Of a DNA stretch of 64,000 bases, positions 18,743 to 27,236 are shown one piece after another. Every line of letters starts with the position of its first letter. Within the stretch, counting starts at the first letter, position 1. The translations under genes and the position numbers were made by a program. The notes under the pieces were generated by a model, which made no database searches, was not told where the DNA came from, and saw only the letters and a program-made list of their open reading frames with translations. This DNA is from Planctomycetota bacterium. Its GTDB lineage: Bacteria; Planctomycetota; DG-23; JAZDKG01. The stretch lies in the NCBI GenBank assembly GCA_043803205.1, contig JAZDKG010000070.1, positions 1,725-65,724 of the forward strand, in the 5' to 3' direction.

Positions 18743-19819
18743 ATGCATCAAGTGACCCTCATTCCGGGCGACGGAACCGGTCCGGAAATAGCTGAGGCGG
18801 CGCGGATGCTTGTCGAGGCCGCGGGCGTCGCCGTGAACTGGGACGTCCAGTCCGCGGGCTTGGCCACGATGGAGACGGAGGGCACGCCCCTGCCCGACAG
18901 GGTCCTCGACTCGATCCGTCGGACGGGCGTCGCGCTCAAGGCCCCCATCACCACCCCGGTCGGAACGGGGTTTCGCTCCGTCAACGTTGCGCTCCGGCAG
19001 ACGCTGGACCTTTACGCGTGCCTGCGCCCGTGCAAGGTGTACAAGGGCGTGCGGTCGCGATACGAGAACGTAGATCTCGTCGTGGTCCGCGAGAACACCG
19101 AGGATCTCTACGCTGGGATCGAGTTCGCGCGGGGGGCGGACTCCACGCGGAAGCTCTTGGCTGCGCTCGAGGAGCTCCAGAGCAAGGTGATCCGGGAGGA
19201 CTCCGCCGTCAGCATCAAGCCGATCAGCGAGTACGCGTCCCGGCGGATTGTCACGTTCGCCTTCGAGTACGCGCGCTCCGCTAAACGCCGAAAGGTCACC
19301 GCCGTTCACAAAGCCAACATCATGAAATACAGCGACGGCCTGTTTCTGGAGACCGCCCGCGCGGTGGCCTCGAGCTACGGCGACGTCGAGTTCGAGGATC
19401 GCATCGTGGACAACATGTGCATGCAGCTCGTGCAGCGGCCCGAGGCGTACGACGTCCTCGTCATGCCCAACCTTTATGGCGACATCGTCTCGGACCTGTG
19501 CGCGGGGCTGGTCGGCGGCCTGGGGGTTGCGCCGGGGGCGAACATCGGAGACCGCTGCGCCGTCTTCGAGGCGACGCACGGCAGCGCGCCGAAATACACG
19601 GGCCTCAACAAGGTGAACCCGACGGCCCTCGTGCTGTCGGCGGCGCTGATGCTGCGACACATCGGCGAGAAGGACGCCGCCAACCGCTTGGAGGCCGCCG
19701 TCGCCGAGGTCATCGCCGAAGGCAAGCACGTAACGTACGATCTCAAGGCAAACCGCGACGATGCTTGCGCCGTGGGAACCCGGGAGATGGCCCAAGCCAT
19801 CGCGCGGCGGCTTCGCTGA
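18743..19819 (+). CDS. isocitrate/homoisocitrate dehydrogenase family (NAD(P)-dependent beta-decarboxylating dehydrogenase)
   Basis: 358 aa. [13 protein letters not shown]...[14 protein letters not shown]...[19 protein letters not shown]. Confidence 0.75.
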   Translation: MHQVTLIPGDGTGPEIAEAARMLVEAAGVAVNWDVQSAGLATMETEGTPLPDRVLDSIRRTGVALKAPITTPVGTGFRSVNVALRQTLDLYACLRPCKVYKGVRSRYENVDLVVVRENTEDLYAGIEFARGADSTRKLLAALEELQSKVIREDSAVSIKPISEYASRRIVTFAFEYARSAKRRKVTAVHKANIMKYSDGLFLETARAVASSYGDVEFEDRIVDNMCMQLVQRPEAYDVLVMPNLYGDIVSDLCAGLVGGLGVAPGANIGDRCAVFEATHGSAPKYTGLNKVNPTALVLSAALMLRHIGEKDAANRLEAAVAEVIAEGKHVTYDLKANRDDACAVGTREMAQAIARRLR

Positions 19820-20954
19820 ACAAAGGCACTTCCAGCACGGTACGGAGCGCAAAGCGTTGCGGGGACTTTCGAGCGGACGCGCTTTCTATCTCGACGCCAT
19901 CGCGGGCAAGCGCACCGACGGCGCGGCGCGCGCGCTCATGTCCTTCCTGGTTCCGCTTTCGCGGATCTACGAGGCGGCGATCCGCCGGCGGAACCTCTCC
20001 TTCGACCGCGGACGGGCCGTTGCATCCCTGGAGATCCCGGTCCTCTCCATCGGCAACATTACCGTGGGAGGAACGGGCAAGACGGTCCTGATCGAGGACC
20101 TAGCCCGCAGGTTGCTCAGACTGGGACTGCGACCTCTCATCGTGAGCCGGGGCTACAAGGGAGATTCGGGCGGGAACGACGAGTTTCAACTCCTCGCGGA
20201 AAACCTGCCCCACGTCCCGCACGTCACGGGGAAGAAGCGCATCAAGGCGGCACACGAGGGGATCACGGCCCACCGGCCGGACGTCATTATCCTTGACGAC
20301 GCCTTCAGCCATCGGGGGCTCGCGCGCGACCTCGACATCGTGACGATCGATGCGCTGTGCCCGTTCGGTTACGGGGCGCTTCTGCCGAGGGGCCTGCTTC
20401 GCGAACCGCCGGAGGAGCTAGCGCGCGCGGACCTCGTCGTCCTCACGCGCAGCGACCTCATCCGAGAGGAGGATCGTCAGGCAATCGAAACGGACCTCGC
20501 CAGGCTTTCCGGGAAGGCCGCCGTCATCGAGGCCTTCCATGATCCATGGCGCGCGGTTGACATTATGAACTCGCGCGAGGTAGATCACCGAACTCTCGCA
20601 GGGACACCGAGTTACGTGTTCTGCGCAATCGGGAACCCCCAGGGCTTCAAGCTCACTGTCGCAAAGCTGTCCATCCCCGTCGTCGGGGAGACCTATTTTA
20701 TTGACCATCATCGGTACACGCCCGGGGACCTGCGGGCGATCGAAGTCGAGGCGTGCGCGCGAGGCGCGCGGTGCTTGCTGGTCACCCAAAAAGACAGGGT
20801 GAAACTCACGCGCATCGGATATAATTGGCGACTGCCGATTCGCAGCATCGACGTCCGTATGGCGTACCTTTCAGGCGAGGAGATCCTGGAGGAACGGATC
20901 GCCGGCGCCGTGGCGCGCGGGGGGCGCCGGGCGCAGCCAGCGCGCCATCCCTGA
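19761..20954 (+). CDS. lpxK: tetraacyldisaccharide 4'-kinase LpxK
   Basis: [15 protein letters not shown]...[26 protein letters not shown]...IVSRGYKG. Start uncertain: ATG 19761 overlaps icd by 59 nt. Alternatives are TTG 19857 or ATG 19938. Confidence 0.7.
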   Translation: MLAPWEPGRWPKPSRGGFAEQRHFQHGTERKALRGLSSGRAFYLDAIAGKRTDGAARALMSFLVPLSRIYEAAIRRRNLSFDRGRAVASLEIPVLSIGNITVGGTGKTVLIEDLARRLLRLGLRPLIVSRGYKGDSGGNDEFQLLAENLPHVPHVTGKKRIKAAHEGITAHRPDVIILDDAFSHRGLARDLDIVTIDALCPFGYGALLPRGLLREPPEELARADLVVLTRSDLIREEDRQAIETDLARLSGKAAVIEAFHDPWRAVDIMNSREVDHRTLAGTPSYVFCAIGNPQGFKLTVAKLSIPVVGETYFIDHHRYTPGDLRAIEVEACARGARCLLVTQKDRVKLTRIGYNWRLPIRSIDVRMAYLSGEEILEERIAGAVARGGRRAQPARHP

Positions 20955-20967
20955 GGAGCACCCCGAC

Positions 20968-22464
20968 TTGACCAGTCGTTCCCATCTGCGACAGATGATC
21001 GAGAAGCTCGGCAAGCCCACCGTGCTCGTGATCGGCGACTTCATCCTGGACCGTTACATCTGGGGACGGGTGGACCGGATCAGCCCCGAGGCCCCCATCC
21101 CCGTCCTTGCTGCCGAGACCGAAGAAGAGCGCCCGGGGGGTGTCGGGAGCGTCCTCAACAACTTGGCGGCGCTGGGCGCGAAGTGCAGGGCGATCGGTGT
21201 CGTCGGGGATGACGAGGAAGGCCGACGGTTCCATGGTCTGCTCGACGCGGCGGGGCTGTCGGGCGCATGCGGGACCGTGTTCACGGACCCGCGCCGGCGT
21301 ACCACCGTGAAGACGCGCCTCATCGCGAAGGTCCAGCACCTCCTGCGCGTGGATCAGGAACACACCCATCCCCTCGACGGCGAGCTCGAGCAGGCGCTCA
21401 TCGCCCGGGCCCTAGCGCACATGGACGACAGCGACATCATCCTTGTGAGCGACTATGGGAAGGGGGTCGTCTCGGCGGCGGTCATGGAAGCCGTCGTGTC
21501 GAGCGCCCGACGGCGCGGTCTCAGGGTGATCGTAGACCCCTGGCGGGGACGCGACTACGCCCATTACCGGCGCGCCACCGCGGTCACTCCGAACCGCAAC
21601 GAGACCCAGATCGCGACGGGCATCCGTCTCGAGGCGACCGATGCTTACGAGAAGGCCGCCCGCAGGCTCATCCGCGAATACGAGCTCGATGCCGTCGTGA
21701 TCACCCTTGACAGGGACGGGATCTACTGCGCCGAAGGGTCTTCGCCGGGGCGGCTCATCCCCACGCGGCCGCGCGCCATCTTCGACGTCACCGGCGCTGG
21801 CGACATCGTGCTGAGCGTTCTCGGGGTGGGACTGGCGAGCGGGCTGGATCTAGAGAGCGCGGCGGAGCTGGCGAACCTAGCGGCCGGGGTGGAGGTCGAG
21901 AAACTGGGGGCGGCCCCCGTCTCGATCTGTGAGATGCTCAACGCCGTCTCGGATTCGCCGCACCACGCCAGGGCGAAGGTCGTGAGCGAAGAGGAACTCC
22001 TGTCCAAGCTCGCGGAGCACCGTCGCCGCGGAGAACGGATCGTGCTGGCAAACGGGTGTTTCGACCTGCTGCACGCGGGGCACGCGGAGTTTCTAGCGTT
22101 CGCCCGCCGGCAGGGGGACACACTCGTCGTGGCGCTCAACTCCGATTCCTCGGTGGCGGGCCTCAAGGGGCCCGACAGGCCCTTTCAATCCCAGTCCGAA
22201 CGGGCTAGAATACTTGCGGCATTGGGCGACGTGAATTACGTGGTCGTCTTTGACGAGCCGACCCCGGAGCGGATCGTGCGCAGCGTGAGGCCCGATGTCC
22301 TGGTCAAGGGCGAGGACTGGCGCGAGCGCGGCGTGGTCGGAAGGGAGTTCGTGGAGAGCTACGGCGGGACGGTGGTGCTGGCGCCTCTGGTCGAGGGCGT
22401 GTCGACCACGCAGATCGTGTCCAGCATCCGGCAGGGAGGCGGCGGCGTCCGGGAAAGAACATGA
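20968..22464 (+). CDS. hldE: bifunctional D-beta-D-heptose 7-phosphate kinase / D-beta-D-heptose 1-phosphate adenylyltransferase HldE (RfaE)
   Basis: 498 aa. N-terminal pfkB kinase (LVIGDFILDRYIWGRVDRISPEAPIPVL, GAGD). C-terminal cytidylyltransferase (IVLANGCFDLLHAGHAEFL). Confidence 0.85.
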   Translation: MTSRSHLRQMIEKLGKPTVLVIGDFILDRYIWGRVDRISPEAPIPVLAAETEEERPGGVGSVLNNLAALGAKCRAIGVVGDDEEGRRFHGLLDAAGLSGACGTVFTDPRRRTTVKTRLIAKVQHLLRVDQEHTHPLDGELEQALIARALAHMDDSDIILVSDYGKGVVSAAVMEAVVSSARRRGLRVIVDPWRGRDYAHYRRATAVTPNRNETQIATGIRLEATDAYEKAARRLIREYELDAVVITLDRDGIYCAEGSSPGRLIPTRPRAIFDVTGAGDIVLSVLGVGLASGLDLESAAELANLAAGVEVEKLGAAPVSICEMLNAVSDSPHHARAKVVSEEELLSKLAEHRRRGERIVLANGCFDLLHAGHAEFLAFARRQGDTLVVALNSDSSVAGLKGPDRPFQSQSERARILAALGDVNYVVVFDEPTPERIVRSVRPDVLVKGEDWRERGVVGREFVESYGGTVVLAPLVEGVSTTQIVSSIRQGGGGVRERT

Positions 22465-23075
22465 GCGAGGAACGAATCCAAGCCATCGTGAACGAAGCGG
22501 TCGAAGTCCTTCGCGCGATCGACGCCGCGCAGGTGAAGGCGATCCGCTCGGCCGCGGACGCGATAGTCAAGGCGCTGCGAAGGGACCGTCGGGTCTACAT
22601 CCTGGGGAACGGCGGAAGCGCCGCCGACGCGCAGCACTTCGCAGCCGAGCTCGTTGGAAGGTTCCGCATGGACCGCAAGGCTCTACCCGTGACGGCGCTG
22701 ACCACGGACACGTCGATCCTGACGTCGATCGGCAACGACTACGGGTACCAGTGCATCTTCAGCAAGCAGGTGGAGGGTTTCGTGCACCGGGGGGACGTGG
22801 TGGTGTGCATCTCGACGAGCGGGAACTCGCCTAACGTTGTGGCGGCCATGATGATCGCCCGGGAGCTGGGGGCGACGACGATCGGGCTCGCGGGCCACGA
22901 CGGCGGAAAGATGAAGAGCTTGTGCGACGTCTTGGTGAGCGTTCCCGCGGAATCGACCGCGCGGGCGCAGGAGGCGCACGGCGTCGTCATCCATGCGATC
23001 TGCGAACTCGTCGAGGGCGAGATCTTCTCCCCCCAGCGGAGGGGGAAAACGGGCAAGGCTTCCAACGGCCGGTAG
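22461..23075 (+). CDS. gmhA: phosphoheptose isomerase GmhA (SIS domain)
   Basis: 204 aa. YILGNGGSAADAQHFAAELVGRF...CISTSGNSPNVV. ATGA overlap with hldE. Confidence 0.85.
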   Translation: MSEERIQAIVNEAVEVLRAIDAAQVKAIRSAADAIVKALRRDRRVYILGNGGSAADAQHFAAELVGRFRMDRKALPVTALTTDTSILTSIGNDYGYQCIFSKQVEGFVHRGDVVVCISTSGNSPNVVAAMMIARELGATTIGLAGHDGGKMKSLCDVLVSVPAESTARAQEAHGVVIHAICELVEGEIFSPQRRGKTGKASNGR

Positions 23076-23136
23076 AGATCCAGCGTCCGCCGCCAAAAGC
23101 GAGAACGTTCGCGCGCCCGCGCGCGGCCCTACACGC

Positions 23137-24645
23137 ATGAAAGTACTTTTCGTCTATCCAAACCGGGACTGCCAGATCGGCTTCAACTACGGCCTAGCGT
23201 TCCTGAGCGCGGTGCTCAAGGAGGCGGGACACGAGACGCGGCTTCTCAACCTCAACGAGAAGCTCGCGACGCTTCCGACCTTGGAGGAGATAGGACGGGC
23301 GGTGCGCGACTACGCGCCGGACCTTGTCGGGATGAGCGTCGTGACGAACCAGTGGCGCTACGCCCTCGAGGTGGCGCAAGCCGTCCGGAAGGTCACCGAC
23401 GCGCCCCTCGTATGCGGCGGCATCCACGCGACCATGTCGGCGGAGGAGATCCTGGAAGGGACCCCATTCGACTACGCCGTCGTCGGCGAGGGGGAAGGGG
23501 CCATCCTTGACCTCGTGCGCGCGATTGATCGGAACGCCGACGTCTCGAGGATCTCGAACCTCGCCTGCCGCATTGACGGGAAGGTGCAGGTGAACGCCGT
23601 CCGCCCGCTCGTGAACCTATCGACACTCCCTAGAAAGGACTACGGGCTCTTCGACTTCCAGCGCATGATCGACGCCAAGGACGGATGGGTCGGGATCATG
23701 GCCGGGCGGGGGTGCCCGTTCCGCTGCACATACTGCTTCAACCATGCGATCGTGGAACGCTACAGCCGGGACACAGGTCTCTCCCCCGCCGCGCTCCACT
23801 ACGTCCGCTGGCACCCCGTCGAGGAGGTCATCGAGGAGATCCTGTGGCTCCAGAAGACCTACCGGCGGATTCGCATGATCATCTTCGACGACGACCTCTT
23901 CACCCTCGACCGCGAGTACCTAGCGGAGTTCACGAAGCAGTACCGCGCGCGCGTGCGGCTCCCCTTCGTGGCGAACGCCCACGTGAAACACTTCGACCGC
24001 GACATAGCGCGCATGTTCAAGGACGCCGGCTGCGCTATCGTCAAGTTCGGGGTGGAGTCGGGGAGCGACCGGATCCGGCGGGACATCATGCACCGGAGGA
24101 TGTCCAACGGGGAGATCGAGCGCGCTTTCGAGGCGGCACACGAGGCGGGGCTGCACACCTCGGCGTTCGTCATGCTCGGATTACCGCACGAGGGACGCGA
24201 GGAAATCGAGGAGACGGTCCGCCTGCTGGGACGCATCGGCCCCGGACGGTTCCGCTGGGCAATCTTCTTTCCCTTTCCGGGGACGCGCGCCTTCGAGATC
24301 GCGCGCGAGGGCGGTTTCATCGACGAGGCGAAGCTGCCGACGCTGTCGAACTTCTTCGAGGATTCGGCGCTCGACTTCGGGCCCGAGCACAACCTCTTCA
24401 TCCGGAAGCTCCGTCGGGCGCTGCCTTGGTACGTCAACGCGGCGTGCGACCGCGAAGGCGCCGACTACTACCACAAGCTCGTGCGCCTTGTGGAGCGCTG
24501 GGACGAGAGCGCATGGGAGCGGCTCTCCCCACGGATGATCGAGTTCGACCGGAACGTCTCCGCGCACGCGGAGCGCAAAGGCTGGCGACACTACCTGGTG
24601 CGCTTCAACGATTTCATGGCGGTGGACAGCGCGTGGAAGGAATGA
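23137..24645 (+). CDS. B12-binding-domain radical SAM enzyme (class B rSAM)
   Basis: N-terminal MKVLFVYPNRD...GHETRLLNL B12/Rossmann-like domain. GRGCPFRCTYCFN CX3CX2C cluster motif. Start reset from 22993 to ATG 23137. Confidence 0.75.
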   Translation: MKVLFVYPNRDCQIGFNYGLAFLSAVLKEAGHETRLLNLNEKLATLPTLEEIGRAVRDYAPDLVGMSVVTNQWRYALEVAQAVRKVTDAPLVCGGIHATMSAEEILEGTPFDYAVVGEGEGAILDLVRAIDRNADVSRISNLACRIDGKVQVNAVRPLVNLSTLPRKDYGLFDFQRMIDAKDGWVGIMAGRGCPFRCTYCFNHAIVERYSRDTGLSPAALHYVRWHPVEEVIEEILWLQKTYRRIRMIIFDDDLFTLDREYLAEFTKQYRARVRLPFVANAHVKHFDRDIARMFKDAGCAIVKFGVESGSDRIRRDIMHRRMSNGEIERAFEAAHEAGLHTSAFVMLGLPHEGREEIEETVRLLGRIGPGRFRWAIFFPFPGTRAFEIAREGGFIDEAKLPTLSNFFEDSALDFGPEHNLFIRKLRRALPWYVNAACDREGADYYHKLVRLVERWDESAWERLSPRMIEFDRNVSAHAERKGWRHYLVRFNDFMAVDSAWKE

Positions 24646-25700
24646 TCGGCCCCATCCGGACGATCCTCATCCGCTCTCCCAACTGGGTGGGCGATTGCGT
24701 CATGGCGACTCCGGCGCTGGCGGCCTTCCGAGACGCCTTCCGGGACGCGACGATCCTGCTCTTGGCCCCGTCCTATACGGCCGAGGTGTTCGAAGGGGGC
24801 GACTGGTTCGACGAGCTCCTGGTTGTGCCAGGGAGTCGAAGCCTCGGGGCTTTTTTGCGCGCGGTGCAGACCGCAGCGGCCCTTCGCCGCCGACGGGCGG
24901 ACCTCGGCATCCTCATGACGAACTCCCTGGGAAGCGCGGTCCTCATGAAGCTCGCCGGGGCGCGCAACATCGTGGGGTACTCCCGCAACGGTCGGTCCGC
25001 GCTCCTCACCACGGCTCTAGCACCCGCGCGCACGCTCGGGGGATTCGTCCCCGGTCCCATGGTTGATTATTACCTGGAACTCGCCCGGGCCGTCCGTCGT
25101 AGGACTGACGGGACGGAGGATCGGAGAATCCGCCTTGCCACGACGCCCCGAGAAGAGGAGGCGGCTCGCACGCTCTGGGAGCGACTGGGTCTGGGATCGA
25201 GACGAGTGGCGGGGCTCAACCCCGGGGCGGCCTTCGGCAGCGCGAAATGCTGGCCTCCCGCGCACTTCGCCGCTCTCGGGCGGATGCTGGCGGAGCGATC
25301 GGGGCTCGACGTCCTCGTCCTCTGCGGACCGGCCGAGCGGAGCGTCGCCCGCGCGATCATAACCGAGGCCGGGCACCCGGCAGTGAGGGGTCTCGAAGGG
25401 GAAGACGTCCCCCTGGGGGTCCTAAAGGCCGTGGTGCGGCGGCTCGCGCTGCTCGTGACGAACGATTCAGGCCCGCGTCACTTCGCGTGCGCCTTCGCGG
25501 TCCCGACCGTCACGGTTTTCGGTCCGACCGACGAACGGTGGAGCGAGACGGCCCGAACGGACGAAATAAAGATCGTGCGCGACCTCGCGTGCAGGCCCTG
25601 CATGAGACGCGTTTGTCCCACCGACCACGCCTGCATGCGCTCCATCGAACCGGAGGCGGTCTACGAGGCCGCTACGGAACTTCTCAAGGGACACAGATGA
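24642..25700 (+). CDS. glycosyltransferase family 9 (heptosyltransferase, WaaF/WaaC-like)
   Basis: MIGPIRTILIRSPNWVGDCVMATPAL... and TNDSGPRHFACAFAVPTVTVFGPTDERW. ATGA overlap with the rSAM gene. Confidence 0.75.
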   Translation: MIGPIRTILIRSPNWVGDCVMATPALAAFRDAFRDATILLLAPSYTAEVFEGGDWFDELLVVPGSRSLGAFLRAVQTAAALRRRRADLGILMTNSLGSAVLMKLAGARNIVGYSRNGRSALLTTALAPARTLGGFVPGPMVDYYLELARAVRRRTDGTEDRRIRLATTPREEEAARTLWERLGLGSRRVAGLNPGAAFGSAKCWPPAHFAALGRMLAERSGLDVLVLCGPAERSVARAIITEAGHPAVRGLEGEDVPLGVLKAVVRRLALLVTNDSGPRHFACAFAVPTVTVFGPTDERWSETARTDEIKIVRDLACRPCMRRVCPTDHACMRSIEPEAVYEAATELLKGHR

Positions 25701-26707
25701 ACGAAGGACTCAAGCGCGTCGTCCGGCGATTCCCAAAGGCCCGCATCGCTGTCGTGGGCGACTTCGTCGCGGACCTGTATGTGCACACCCGTCCCCGCCG
25801 CTTGAGCCGCGAGGCCCCCGTCATCATCTGCGAGTATGAGGGCGAGGAGATGGTCGCCGGGAGCGCCGGGAACACGGCGGCGAACGCGCTGGCGCTCGGC
25901 GCCGGCGTGCGCTGCATCGGGATCATCGGCGACGACGCGGAAGGACGGGGGCTGGCACGCCTGTTGAGGAGAGAGGGCGCCGACACCCGGGGGCTCCTAC
26001 GCGCCCGTAACCGTCCAACTACCACGAAGACGCGCATCCTGGCCGGCGACCTGCACACGATCAAGCAGCAGGTCATCCGGATCGACCGCCACAGCGTGCG
26101 CGGGGCGACGGCCGCGCAGGAACGCACGCTCACGCGTGCGCTGGCGAGAAGCGTGCCGCGCGTCCAAGCCGTCATCGCCAGCGACTATGACGACAGCACC
26201 CTCACGCCCGAGGTGATCTCCGTCCTGTGCGCGCACGCGGCGCGCCTCCCCCTCGTCGTGGACAGTCGCGCTCGACTGCGGCAGTTCGCAAACGCCTTTG
26301 TCGCGACTCCCAACGAGACGGAGGCGCTCGAGCTCACCGGCATGATCCCGCGGACGCGGGGAACGGCGCGCGACCTTGCGCGCCTCGGGGAGCGCCTGCG
26401 GGGCGCGCTCCGGGCCCGGCACATCCTGCTTACGCGGGGAAACCAGGGCATGGTCCTCTACGAGCAAGGCCGCGCCCCCTACATCATCCCGATCGTGGGG
26501 AGCACGGACATCGTGGACGTGACCGGGGCGGGGGACACTGTGGCGGCGGCGTTGACGCTGGCGATCGTAAGCGGGGCGTCGATGCGTCAAGCCGCATGGA
26601 TCGCGAACTGCGCGGCGGGGGTGACCGTGATGAAGCCCGGCGCCGCCGCCCTCACGCGGCGGGAGCTTCTTGACGCGATCGAGAGCGCCGGCCCCATAAG
26701 GACGTGA
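25697..26707 (+). CDS. pfkB-family sugar kinase, RfaE domain-I / HldA-like (heptose 7-phosphate kinase paralog)
   Basis: [26 protein letters not shown]...[13 protein letters not shown] overlap with the GT9 gene. Confidence 0.7.
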   Translation: MNEGLKRVVRRFPKARIAVVGDFVADLYVHTRPRRLSREAPVIICEYEGEEMVAGSAGNTAANALALGAGVRCIGIIGDDAEGRGLARLLRREGADTRGLLRARNRPTTTKTRILAGDLHTIKQQVIRIDRHSVRGATAAQERTLTRALARSVPRVQAVIASDYDDSTLTPEVISVLCAHAARLPLVVDSRARLRQFANAFVATPNETEALELTGMIPRTRGTARDLARLGERLRGALRARHILLTRGNQGMVLYEQGRAPYIIPIVGSTDIVDVTGAGDTVAAALTLAIVSGASMRQAAWIANCAAGVTVMKPGAAALTRRELLDAIESAGPIRT

Positions 26708-26711
26708 CGAC

Positions 26712-27236
26712 ATGGCGCGCTTCGTCCGCTCGCACGCGGGTCTTCGTCGGATCCTGGACCGCCACCGCCGGAACGGCGAACGGATCGTGATGGCGAACGG
26801 CTGCTTCGAGCTCCTTCACGTGGGACACATCCGCTACCTCGAGGCGGCGTCGCGCCTCGGCGACATCCTCGTCGTGGCGGTGAACACCGATGCGAGCGTG
26901 CGTCAGCTCAAGGGGAGGGGTCGTCCGCTCGTGGACCTGGCGGAGCGCGTGGAGACGCTCCGGGCTCTGCGCTGCGTGGACTACGTCACGGCGTTCGGCG
27001 GGAAGACGTGCGACGCGCTCTTGAGCACGATCCGGCCCGACGTGCACGCCAAGGGAACCGACTACGCGACCGACACTGTTCCGGAGCGCAAGACCGTGCG
27101 CGCGTACGGCGGCAAGACCGTCATCGTCGGCGATCCCAAGCGGCACTCCGTGACGGACTTGATCCGGAGGATCGGGTCGCTCGGCGTCGAGGCGCGCGGC
27201 CGCCCCGTTAAGCGTCGCCCCCGAAGGAAGGCATGA
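26712..27236 (+). CDS. cytidylyltransferase-like, RfaE domain-II / HldC-like (heptose 1-phosphate adenylyltransferase paralog)
   Basis: [19 protein letters not shown] (HxGH)...VAVNTDASV...CVDYV, 174 aa. Confidence 0.75.
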   Translation: MARFVRSHAGLRRILDRHRRNGERIVMANGCFELLHVGHIRYLEAASRLGDILVVAVNTDASVRQLKGRGRPLVDLAERVETLRALRCVDYVTAFGGKTCDALLSTIRPDVHAKGTDYATDTVPERKTVRAYGGKTVIVGDPKRHSVTDLIRRIGSLGVEARGRPVKRRPRRKA

